From Clostridiales bacterium (GTDB lineage Bacteria > Bacillota > Clostridia > Oscillospirales > JAAYOS01): a stretch of 57,773 bases of DNA. This document shows positions 50,165-57,773 of the stretch, piece after piece (positions within the stretch are counted from its first letter, which is position 1; each line of letters starts with the position of its first letter). Made by a program: the position numbers and the translations under genes. Under the pieces are notes generated by a model. That model did no database searches. It was not told where the DNA came from and saw nothing but the letters and a program-made list of their open reading frames with translations. The DNA is taken from NCBI GenBank assembly GCA_012520195.1, contig JAAYOS010000032.1, forward strand, positions 1-57,773, written 5' to 3'.

Positions 50165-51520
50165 CTAGATGAGTGCCAACAACACAAAGTTAAGAATGAA
50201 CAGCAGTGAGGATACCCACAAAATTGGATGTATCTTCTTTATTTCTCCCTTGAATATTCTAACTACACAGTAGAAGATGAATCCTGCCGCAATTCCGTAT
50301 GAAATGCTGTAGCTCAGTGCCATAAAGACACCTGCAAAGAATGCCGGGATAGCATCATCCATGTCGGTCCATTCAATTTCCTTGAAGGAAGCGAGCATCA
50401 TAATTCCAACGGCTACGAGAGCGGGAGCAGTTGCTGCACTAGGAATGGCACTGACGAATGAAGCGAGAAATGCACTGATAATGAAGCATATGGATACAAC
50501 AATGCTTGTGAGTCCTGTACGGCCTCCTGCACCTATACCTGCAGCACTTTCGACATAGGTAGTTGTATTGGATGTTCCGAAAATTGCCCCGATGGATGTT
50601 GCTGCCGAGTCCGCAAACAGAGCCTTGTCCATCTTGGATTTGAATCCTGAGCTTGAGAACATTGCCTCTTCATCCTCTTCGCTGAAGATACCACTTTGAC
50701 GTCCGGTACCGATGAATGTTCCAATGGTATCGAATGTATCAGTAAGGCTGAATGCGAAAATAGTAATCAGAACAAGAGGTAATTTCGAAAGATCGGTAAA
50801 CAGTGAAGGGATACCTGCTTTAGTGAATATAACTCCGAATGTTGTTGGAAGCGATGCTGCTGCATCAGTGAAGCTGATCGTATCAGTTGTAGATGTAACA
50901 CCCATAGGAATTCCGATGAGTGCAGTGGCTATGATACTTATCAGAATCGCACCCTTAACCTTAAGAACCAGAAGCACAATTGTGAGGAGAAGGCCTATGA
51001 GGAACAGCCAGAGTGCCGGTGTATTAAGAGTAACAATAGATGGAACCCCTGCGCCGAAATCAATAAATCCAACGTTTAGGAAACCGATGTAGGCAATGAA
51101 TATTCCGATTCCGCCGCCAATGGCATTCTGTAGACTATTGGGGATAGCGCGAATGATATGCTTACGTACTTTTGTTATGGTAATAAGGATATTAACCAGT
51201 CCACAGATGAAAACCATTGAAAGTGCCTGTTGCCAAGTAAAGTTAAGAGCAAAACAGACAGTGTATACGAAGAATGCATTGAGACCCATGCCTGGTGCCT
51301 GTGCATATGGAACGTTTGCGATAAGCCCCATGATAAGAGTTCCAATAATTGACGCTATGATGGTAGCAAGGAATACTGCTCCCCACTCCATACCGGCTTC
51401 GCTGAGGATCGATGGGTTAACAACAATGATGTAAGCCATTGTGAAGAAGGTTGTAAGACCAGCGATGATCTCAGTCGATACCTTTGTACCATTCTCCTTT
51501 AGTTTGAAAAACTTCTCCAT
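50165..51520 (-). CDS. NCS2/AzgA-family purine (guanine/hypoxanthine/adenine) permease
   Basis: 451 aa and polytopic. The N-terminus MEKFFKLKENGTKVSTEIIAGLTTFFTMAYIIVVNP is typical of PbuG/AzgA permeases. It is preceded by a purine riboswitch. Confidence 0.85.
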   Translation of the reverse strand: MEKFFKLKENGTKVSTEIIAGLTTFFTMAYIIVVNPSILSEAGMEWGAVFLATIIASIIGTLIMGLIANVPYAQAPGMGLNAFFVYTVCFALNFTWQQALSMVFICGLVNILITITKVRKHIIRAIPNSLQNAIGGGIGIFIAYIGFLNVGFIDFGAGVPSIVTLNTPALWLFLIGLLLTIVLLVLKVKGAILISIIATALIGIPMGVTSTTDTISFTDAAASLPTTFGVIFTKAGIPSLFTDLSKLPLVLITIFAFSLTDTFDTIGTFIGTGRQSGIFSEEDEEAMFSSSGFKSKMDKALFADSAATSIGAIFGTSNTTTYVESAAGIGAGGRTGLTSIVVSICFIISAFLASFVSAIPSAATAPALVAVGIMMLASFKEIEWTDMDDAIPAFFAGVFMALSYSISYGIAAGFIFYCVVRIFKGEIKKIHPILWVSSLLFILNFVLLALI

Positions 51521-51624
51521 GATAATGAATTTCCTCCCCTAACAATTAGTTGTGACAGCTCAAACATAAAAAAGACGGGGTATACCGGGAAAGCTACCAC
51601 CGTCACTTCTGCTATTAGAGGAAT

Positions 51625-51750
51625 TAACAAAAAACAACATGACGCCATCTCCAAATGAGAACATGGCGCATTGCTTATTAATCCAATAGCTGAACAATTA
51701 ACGGTTGTTCGGTAGAAACTTCGGACCCATATCGCCCGAATTATATTGGA
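51625..51750 (-). promoter_or_regulatory. Purine riboswitch (guanine-type, C at the specificity position) with terminator expression platform
   Basis: The reverse strand reads CCAATATAATTCGGGCGATATGGGTCCGAAGTTTCTACCGAACAACCGTTAATTGTTCAGCTATTGG. P1 pairs CCAATA with TATTGG, and the conserved TATAAT, GATATGG and GTTTCTACC blocks are present. A hairpin ATGCGCCAT...ATGGCG(T)CAT plus TTGTTTTTT follows. Confidence 0.85.
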
Positions 51751-51946
51751 AGCTGTCTGATATTATCATTACCGGTATTTATTCTATATGAAACACACCA
51801 TTTATACAAGCCCCAAATAATTACAGTAATTAACGCTTTTTATCATTTTACGCGATTTGGGTATGATTCCTCTTGTAAATACGTTCAACTGTATGCAATT
51901 AGTATAAATTAGTCTGATCCCTAGAAAAGATTCTTTGTAATAAAGT

Positions 51947-51992
51947 AAAAAGGCACGTCTCTTTAGATTCGAAAATCTTTTTGAGACATGCC
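51947..51992 (-). terminator. Intrinsic terminator after the 213-aa ORF
   Basis: On the reverse strand, GGCATGTCTC...GAGACGTGCC, with inner pairing AGATT/AATCT, is followed by TTTTT. Confidence 0.7.
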
Positions 51993-52045
51993 GATTATTA
52001 CACTATAGAAATCCAATAACAACACGGGAGCTACTGTACTGTACT

Positions 52046-52687
52046 TTACTGTACTATATAGGGGCCCTTTATAAGAATTACACAGTCGGAAGTGGTCTTA
52101 AACCCGCGGTTCTCAACCGTTACGACATAGAGATGGTTGGTCTGCAGTGAGCTTCCATTTGGAAGGTCACTTCCGGTCGATACATCGATTAGTCCGGGCG
52201 TACCCGGTGCAGTACAGGTCGCAGTGCCGAATCGCCACAGTATTTCTGTGCCGACTTCGCCTATTACTGTCTGCCCGCTTTTGATACGTACAACCGAAAA
52301 CAGACTTGCCGAAGTGCCGTCTGAAACTGAACCGCTACTGCCGCTTGCTTGGATTTTCTCATATACCTTGTCTGCAACGGCATTGATAAAGGAGTTGTCC
52401 ACTATATCGGCAGAATAGTCGTTCTCAAACTCTGCAATTCTCCCATCTATGCTGTCCAGTGCCTGATCTACTTTCTTGTTGAGTATTTCATCAAACTCAC
52501 TGCTTTTATCCTGAATCGCTTTATCGATTGTGTTTTTTAACTCCGGTACTAACTCCTCTATGTAACTAAGCGTTACCAGAGGATCGTTTTTGGAGCCAAA
52601 CTCTGAAGCGACTGCCAGGTACCCAGTAAGAAGTAGTATTACTAATAACGTTGCGGTTACCCCAACAACCCATTTTTTTGGCAACAA
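52046..52687 (-). CDS. Uncharacterised single-pass membrane protein (N-terminal TM, helical middle, Ser/Gly linker, beta-rich C-terminal domain)
   Basis: TTG start after a GGGG-rich SD. The TM is VVGVTATLLVILLLTGYLAV, followed by the DPLVTLSYIEEL block and the C-terminal segment FSVVRIKSGQTVIGEVGTEILWRFG...HLYVVTVENRGF. I recognise no family. Confidence 0.5.
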   Translation of the reverse strand: MLPKKWVVGVTATLLVILLLTGYLAVASEFGSKNDPLVTLSYIEELVPELKNTIDKAIQDKSSEFDEILNKKVDQALDSIDGRIAEFENDYSADIVDNSFINAVADKVYEKIQASGSSGSVSDGTSASLFSVVRIKSGQTVIGEVGTEILWRFGTATCTAPGTPGLIDVSTGSDLPNGSSLQTNHLYVVTVENRGFKTTSDCVILIKGPYIVQ

Positions 52688-52756
52688 TTTGATCCGCCCC
52701 TTTGAATATTTTGTAAATACAGTAGTTTTCTCGAAAACTTATTAAAACTATCTATG

Positions 52757-53119
52757 TCAGCTTCCAATACCAAAGCTTACGGCAATTGCAGTGTCGATAC
52801 GGCTCATAAGGCTTGTATCAATGTTTCCCATCTTCTCTCTGAGCCTTCGCTTATCAATTGTCCGTATCTGCTCGAGCAAAATGACCGAGTCCTTGGTCAG
52901 CCCGTATGAATTAGCTGAAAGCTCAATATGAGTAGGCAAACGCGCCTTATTTATTTGTGATGTAATAGCCGCTGCAATAACAGTGGGACTGTGCTTGTTA
53001 CCTACATCATTTTGCACGATCAATACCGGACGCATGCCGCCCTGCTCACTTCCAACAACAGGGCTGAGATCGGCGTAATAGATGTCGCCTCGCTTTATTT
53101 CGTTGTCCACTTTTTTCAC
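52757..53119 (-). CDS. mazF: Type II toxin MazF/EndoA (PemK-family mRNA interferase)
   Basis: [59 protein letters not shown] closely matches the B. subtilis EndoA (NdoA) pattern. The start is GTG at 53119 or GTG at 53110. Confidence 0.9.
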   Translation of the reverse strand: MKKVDNEIKRGDIYYADLSPVVGSEQGGMRPVLIVQNDVGNKHSPTVIAAAITSQINKARLPTHIELSANSYGLTKDSVILLEQIRTIDKRRLREKMGNIDTSLMSRIDTAIAVSFGIGS

Positions 53120-53150
53120 ACTCCGAAATCAAGATTGCAGACGCTGCATA

Positions 53151-53201
53151 TTATCTTGTTCCTTGCGCTTGTGGTAGAGATATTATGTAGCGCTGCAACA
53201 T
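53151..53201 (-). pseudogene. Possible remnant of the mazE (RHH antitoxin) gene: a 16-codon ORF, MLQRYIISLPQAQGTR
   Basis: This is the only ATG-initiated frame in the alr-mazF spacer with any resemblance to an antitoxin. IISLP recalls the N-terminal beta-strand ..KISLP.. of EndoAI. It stops after 16 codons. The resemblance is weak. Confidence 0.25.
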
Positions 53202-53284
53202 AATCTTCCCCGATTTCGAGTGTTTTTAGTCATAACAAGCAAATAATTCTTCAAAAGAACCGCTTGACACTGCAGTTCAAAATG

Positions 53285-53313
53285 ATTATAGCAATATTCT
53301 GCCCTGGATGCAA
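53285..53313 (-). promoter_or_regulatory. Near-consensus sigma-A promoter upstream of mazF (TTGCAT-17-TATAAT)
   Basis: Read on the reverse strand just downstream of the alr stop. The spacer is exactly 17 nt. Confidence 0.55.
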
Positions 53314-53378
53314 CCAAAAAGCAAAAGCTTATGGTCCTGACTCCATGTTCCCATGTTCCCACAAACGAAATTTCCGCT

Positions 53379-54497
53379 CTAGAAATTGACATATCGCCTG
53401 TCAACTCTGCCGGACAATGCGCACACTATTTCGTATGACACTGTACCTGCATAATCAGCAAGTTCTTCTGCACAAATGGACTCATCTCCATCCCTTCCAA
53501 TAAGTGTAACAGGGTCACCTTCTTTTACGTCAGGTACAGCACTGACGTCGATTACGGACATATCCATGCAAATGCTGCCGATCTGTGGCACTCTCCTTCC
53601 TCGCACAAGCATTTCCATCTTCCCAGACAAAGTACGGAAAAGACCGTCAGCGTATCCCATCGTTACGGTTGCTGTCTTGATTTCACTTTCGGAGCTGTAT
53701 TTCCTTCCGTAGCTCACTGTAACAGGACCGCTAAAGTTGTGGACCTGTGCCACTTGTGAGTGCAATTGCATTGCAGCCTTTAGGTTTATCTTATCTTCAA
53801 GGTTTTTTCCGGGGTACAACCCATAAAGAGCTAGTCCAGGTCTCACCATATCCATATGGCTTTCGGGGATATTTATGATTGCTCCGCTATTGGCGGAGTG
53901 CTTAATCGGAATATGTACTCCGCGTGACAACAGACTATTGCAAAAGCAATCAAACAGTTTTAGCTGCTCGATTTGAAAAGGGTCTCCGGGTATCTCCGAG
54001 GTGGCAAAGTGAGTAAAAATACCCTCAACCTCTAGACCAGTGAGTGCGCAAACTTCGGCAGCCAGTTCAAGCTCTTTTGGATTGGATGCAACAAAACCAA
54101 GTCGGGACATGCCTGTATCCACTTTTATATGGACTTTTAGCTTCCCCCCCAATCTCAAAGCGGCCTGTGAAAACTCATGCGCTGTTTCTGAACAAAATAC
54201 TGTTTGAGTTATGCTATAGTGCAGTAACTCTCCAGTTTGAGATGGTGATGTACATCCTAAAACCATTATAGGTGTCTGTATTCCCGCACTTCTAAGCTTT
54301 ATTGCCTCCTGAAGTGAAGCTACTGCAAAATAATCTGCCCCGGCTTCTTCAAGTGCTCGCGAAACAGCTGTAGCACCATGGCCATAGGCATCTGCCTTTA
54401 CTACTGCCATTACACGGGTGTCTTCTCCTACCGTCCTCTTGATCTCTCTAAAATTGTGTACTATATTCTCTAACGAGATATCTGCCCATACTCTCAT
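53379..54497 (-). CDS. alr: Alanine racemase
   Basis: The PLP-lysine motif is AVVKADAYGHG, with YG..Y and a C-terminal beta domain. The start was set at MRVWADISL (54497). Confidence 0.95.
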   Translation of the reverse strand: MRVWADISLENIVHNFREIKRTVGEDTRVMAVVKADAYGHGATAVSRALEEAGADYFAVASLQEAIKLRSAGIQTPIMVLGCTSPSQTGELLHYSITQTVFCSETAHEFSQAALRLGGKLKVHIKVDTGMSRLGFVASNPKELELAAEVCALTGLEVEGIFTHFATSEIPGDPFQIEQLKLFDCFCNSLLSRGVHIPIKHSANSGAIINIPESHMDMVRPGLALYGLYPGKNLEDKINLKAAMQLHSQVAQVHNFSGPVTVSYGRKYSSESEIKTATVTMGYADGLFRTLSGKMEMLVRGRRVPQIGSICMDMSVIDVSAVPDVKEGDPVTLIGRDGDESICAEELADYAGTVSYEIVCALSGRVDRRYVNF

Positions 54498-54522
54498 CGA
54501 ATTCAAAATAACTTCCCCCGAA

Positions 54523-55152
54523 CTATTCAAACTTCCCGGCAATCAAATATTCACACTGGATTTTCCTGATGCCGTCAACAGCGATTTCTGCTTTTATGGG
54601 TTTGAGACTATTATTATCAAACCATGTGCTGTATTGCACTTCTACACCGTTCGCTGATGATTTATGCAATATAAAAATGCATTCCGTCCCATCGATCTTC
54701 TCAATACCCTGTTCACTTACCATGCCGTCCTGCCACACTCTAAGCAGCTCAGGAATTGCACCGACAGGGCTCAAAGCCGAATGACTGTAGTGGCCCATTT
54801 CGAGCGACACTCCATCATAATTTAGGGTGATCTCATCATCTCCAAACACTACCTCCACACCCTCAATTTCCGAAGGTTTCTTTACCTCAATAACGCTTCT
54901 ACCCAGCGCATTATAATCAAACTCCAGTTGAAAATCAACGAAATAGTCATCGAAATCAGCACGCACATCTGTTAATACTTTCATGGTGGTCAATCCGGAA
55001 TAGTATTCCGATACTCGCGCGACATTATCAGAACTGCTCGAGCAACCTGTCAAAACCATGAGTATGAAAAAGATTGAGGATAGAAGTAATTCAAATGCGC
55101 CAAAATTGTGTCTCTTACCCTTGAGCTGTGATCTAAACAGTAAGGATAGCAA
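54523..55152 (-). CDS. LolA-like sporulation/germination lipoprotein (YdcC / GerS-like)
   Basis: It has a signal peptide with lipobox LTGC, at about 200 aa. It sits directly upstream of alr, as B. subtilis ydcC and C. difficile gerS do. The assignment rests on position and architecture, not on motif identity. Confidence 0.55.
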   Translation of the reverse strand: MLSLLFRSQLKGKRHNFGAFELLLSSIFFILMVLTGCSSSSDNVARVSEYYSGLTTMKVLTDVRADFDDYFVDFQLEFDYNALGRSVIEVKKPSEIEGVEVVFGDDEITLNYDGVSLEMGHYSHSALSPVGAIPELLRVWQDGMVSEQGIEKIDGTECIFILHKSSANGVEVQYSTWFDNNSLKPIKAEIAVDGIRKIQCEYLIAGKFE

Positions 55153-55203
55153 TGACAGTCCTCCCCGGGGCTATTGCTAGCCCATTTATTGGCTGAGGGA
55201 TCA

Positions 55204-56793
55204 TTATCCAGAAGAAGTACTTTCGAATTTTTTCAGCACAACGGGAACTTCTGACAATAAATCTACCGGGAGCATGCCGTACTCTCCGAGACGTTTAGCT
55301 GCTGAATCCCCTGCCGCTCCGTGGAAGTATACTGCTGCTGGGACAGCGGACTCAATATTTAGTCCCTGGCCGACAAGTGAGCCGATCATACCAGCGAGGA
55401 TGTCTCCACTGCCACCTTTCGCCATCCCTGGATTACCGGAAGTATTTATCATGGTCTTCCCGTTTGGCAGTGCGGTTACAGTCGTGTTGCCTTTAAGGAC
55501 AACAATTGCCCCATGCTTCACAGAAAGTGAACGGGCTGCCACTACTCTTCCGGCAGATAGATCTCCGCCTAACCTGGCAAACTCTACGTCATGCGGTGTA
55601 AGAATCGTACAGCTTCCTTTGGATGCCCTCTCAGCCAATATATTTATATTCTTCGAGACTGCATTTATACCGTCAGCGTCGAGTACGATCGGGATATCAA
55701 TCCCCTCGAGAAGGATCTCTGTCAATCTAACTGTGTTCTCATTTAGACCAAGCCCGGGTCCAATTACGCAAACGTCGCACTTTTCTGCAGCTGCAAGAAG
55801 ATCGTCAGCGGCACTGGGTGAGAAGCCACCTTCGAAAGATTCAAACGGGAGACATATAATCTCATTACATTTGACTGCTTCGATAGTATAGATTGAATCA
55901 GGAACAGCCATATAGACAAGCCCCGCTCCGGTACGAAATGCAGCCATTGCAGAGAGATAAGGGGCTCCAGTAAAACCTATGCAGCCTCCTACAACCAGCA
56001 CCTTGGCGTAATTGCCTTTGTGGCTATCGGGTTTGCGCTTTGGAAGAACGCCCATTAAGAGTTCTTCGTCAACAAGCTCGATGGGATAGTATTGTTTGCT
56101 TCCATCTACTGCCTCAATTCTTATAGTCTCCAATAAAGACTTGATGCAGCTTTTGGGTATGCCTATATCGTGTACTGTAACTTCTCCGCAATATGACTTG
56201 GCCGGTTGAAGGCAAAGCGCAGGCTTTAGACAAGTGAACGTTACAGTGTGGTCAGCTCTAATGCAATCTACTGATACAAGTCCTGTATCTGCCTCAGCTC
56301 CAGAAGGGATATCAGCCGAGATTACTGGAGCTTTCGAGCTGTTAATGACCTTTACAGCTTCGCTCGAGATCCCTCTCATTGAACCGCGAAATCCTATTCC
56401 AAAAATCGCATCGATAATCAGGTCTGCATCAATAACATGATCAGTATGCTGATGGTTGTTGGGCTGGAATATAATGGGTTCAATGCCCTGACGAAGGAGC
56501 ATAATGTAGAATTTGAAAGTGTCAGGAGTCATTTTTTCGGACTCACCAGTCAGGTAACACTGTACGTTTGCTCCCCTTTCCTGGGCAATTAGAGCAAATG
56601 CCAAACCGTCACCGCCGTTGTTTCCAGTGCCAGAAAAAACAACGATCTTCTTTCCGGATACTGTTCCTAGCATCCGGCACGCACATTGAAACAGCCCAAA
56701 AGCAGCTCTGTCCATCAGCTCAAAGGATGGTACACCTGATGCGATGGCCGCTTCGTCCATTTTTCTTACTAAGTCACTCTCAAAAACGGTCAT
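55204..56793 (-). CDS. nnr: Bifunctional NAD(P)H-hydrate repair enzyme Nnr (epimerase plus ADP-dependent dehydratase)
   Basis: The N-terminal YjeF_N region shows GTGNNGGDG. The C-terminal carbohydrate-kinase-like region shows HKGNYAKVLVVGG and GSGDILAG. Confidence 0.9.
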   Translation of the reverse strand: MTVFESDLVRKMDEAAIASGVPSFELMDRAAFGLFQCACRMLGTVSGKKIVVFSGTGNNGGDGLAFALIAQERGANVQCYLTGESEKMTPDTFKFYIMLLRQGIEPIIFQPNNHQHTDHVIDADLIIDAIFGIGFRGSMRGISSEAVKVINSSKAPVISADIPSGAEADTGLVSVDCIRADHTVTFTCLKPALCLQPAKSYCGEVTVHDIGIPKSCIKSLLETIRIEAVDGSKQYYPIELVDEELLMGVLPKRKPDSHKGNYAKVLVVGGCIGFTGAPYLSAMAAFRTGAGLVYMAVPDSIYTIEAVKCNEIICLPFESFEGGFSPSAADDLLAAAEKCDVCVIGPGLGLNENTVRLTEILLEGIDIPIVLDADGINAVSKNINILAERASKGSCTILTPHDVEFARLGGDLSAGRVVAARSLSVKHGAIVVLKGNTTVTALPNGKTMINTSGNPGMAKGGSGDILAGMIGSLVGQGLNIESAVPAAVYFHGAAGDSAAKRLGEYGMLPVDLLSEVPVVLKKFESTSSG

Positions 56794-56846
56794 GAATCAA
56801 TGCCCTCCTTTCACCGACGTACAAACAACCTAATGTTAAAAGTGCG

Positions 56847-57212
56847 TCAATCCATTGATAAAACCACAACAGCAGCAGCGGTAGTATTTGTATGTGTAAT
56901 GGATAGTACAGTCTTAAGCGAAGAAAAGTTCTCCTTAACAGTACCGTGTAAATGTAGAAAGGGTTTGCCGCGACTATCTCGACAAACCTCAATTTCCTTC
57001 AAGGGGAGTGAAAGTCCATCTCCTACCGCCTTGACGAAGGCCTCCTTTGCACAGAAGATTCCGGCAGCAGATGAGGCGGAAAATGCACCACGACTGGCAA
57101 TATAAGCCTGTTCTGCTCCCGTATATACTCTCTCCATAAAGGCAGCGTTTTCTATTTTGTCCACCATTCTGGATATCTCAAGCAGGTCAAGTCCAATTCC
57201 GACTATGGACAT
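56847..57212 (-). CDS. acpS: Holo-[acyl-carrier-protein] synthase
   Basis: MSIVGIGLDLLEISRM...FCAKEAFVKA...SITH are AcpS motifs. 121 aa. Confidence 0.9.
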   Translation of the reverse strand: MSIVGIGLDLLEISRMVDKIENAAFMERVYTGAEQAYIASRGAFSASSAAGIFCAKEAFVKAVGDGLSLPLKEIEVCRDSRGKPFLHLHGTVKENFSSLKTVLSITHTNTTAAAVVVLSMD

Positions 57213-57228
57213 AATTATCTCACGCCTG

Positions 57229-57744
57229 TCAATTCTTGATTTTACTGCTGGGAATGAATCTTTTCATAGCCTCTAGCAGACGCTCATTGGGTTCAAATAT
57301 TAAGAGGGAGTCGTTGCCCGCATCATCGCGGTAGACAGCAAACCAACGCTTCTCCGATTTAGGTGATGAGGAAGCATCGAGTACTTTAGCGAAATTCCGG
57401 CTTTCATACTCCTTATAGTTTGTTTCAGTTACAGTTGCAAAAATGGTAAAGCTACGAACATGGATTGAGAGCTCTCTGCTCCGTGTGCGCCTGCCCATTA
57501 TTTTATCGACATCGAGTTCGCCGTTAGTAAACGAGTACTCATACTCTAGGTTCAGGTTCCTGGATGTTCTTACTGCAAAAAACATGCTCAGAGCGAACAC
57601 TGCAGGAAAGATAAACCTAATTACACCGATAACCAAAAAGACGGTGGAAACCAGAACTGCAGCAAGTATAAGTAGTATTTTCTTAACTGAAGTACTTAAA
57701 TCTTGTTTTCTCTCAACAATCTGTTCAACAAATACATCGTTCAT
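57229..57744 (-). CDS. Uncharacterised two-TM protein (possibly DUF6106-like)
   Basis: 171 aa after a GGAGGTAG SD. A hydrophobic hairpin (ILLILAAVLVSTVFLVIGV.. / IFPAVFALSMFFAV) is followed by the LEYEYSFTNGELDVDKI block. The family assignment is from memory only. Confidence 0.4.
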   Translation of the reverse strand: MNDVFVEQIVERKQDLSTSVKKILLILAAVLVSTVFLVIGVIRFIFPAVFALSMFFAVRTSRNLNLEYEYSFTNGELDVDKIMGRRTRSRELSIHVRSFTIFATVTETNYKEYESRNFAKVLDASSSPKSEKRWFAVYRDDAGNDSLLIFEPNERLLEAMKRFIPSSKIKN

Positions 57745-57773
57745 TTTCTACCTCCGAATCCCTTTACTAAAGT

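Noticed and set aside
53343-53360. Tandem CCATGTTC-CCATGTTC repeat just downstream of alr
   Set aside because: It is only two 8-nt copies. This is too short to distinguish from chance, and it has no obvious link to the promoter.
53183-53404. 73-aa ORF in the alr-mazF spacer considered as the missing MazE antitoxin
   Set aside because: It overlaps the alr 3' end and contains the mazF promoter inside it. It is Cys/Leu-rich with no RHH or AbrB-like pattern, has no SD, and stops 60 nt before mazF. It is most likely non-coding.

Overview
This window looks like a core chromosomal segment from an endospore-forming Firmicute (Clostridia-like), densely packed with housekeeping and sporulation genes. 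Long stretches share gene order with Bacillus subtilis. These are spoIIIAA-AH / asp23 / nusB / xseA-xseB / ispA / dxs / tlyA / nadK / argR / recN, SpoIID-like / queA / tgt / yajC, spoIIM / xerD, spoIIGA / sigE, lon / engB, and acpS / nnr / LolA-like lipoprotein / alr / mazF. I also support one tRNA-Ser(CGA) and two riboswitches. A lysine riboswitch precedes asd-dapA-dapB, and a guanine-type purine riboswitch precedes an NCS2 purine permease. Several intrinsic terminators and a few near-consensus sigma-A promoters are readable. I found no CRISPR array, transposase, prophage block or recognisable defence island. The least ordinary places are listed here. (1) An intact, promoter-driven MazF toxin gene sits in the conserved alr-mazE-mazF slot, but the antitoxin gene is reduced to a 16-codon stub. 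(2) A textbook promoter fires antisense into a strongly SD-led 73-aa two-TM ORF next to nrdR. (3) A HlyD adaptor and MacB/FtsX permease pair lacks any ATPase gene and is fused in an operon with a possible GME-fold (DUF6873-like) protein. (4) A 20-bp tandem duplication covers the SD and ATG of spoIIIAA. (5) Synteny breaks occur where spoIVB-spo0A and sigG would be expected. Product calls come from motif recognition by eye and from gene order, not from database searches. Many start codons were refined by eye from SD spacing and are approximate.
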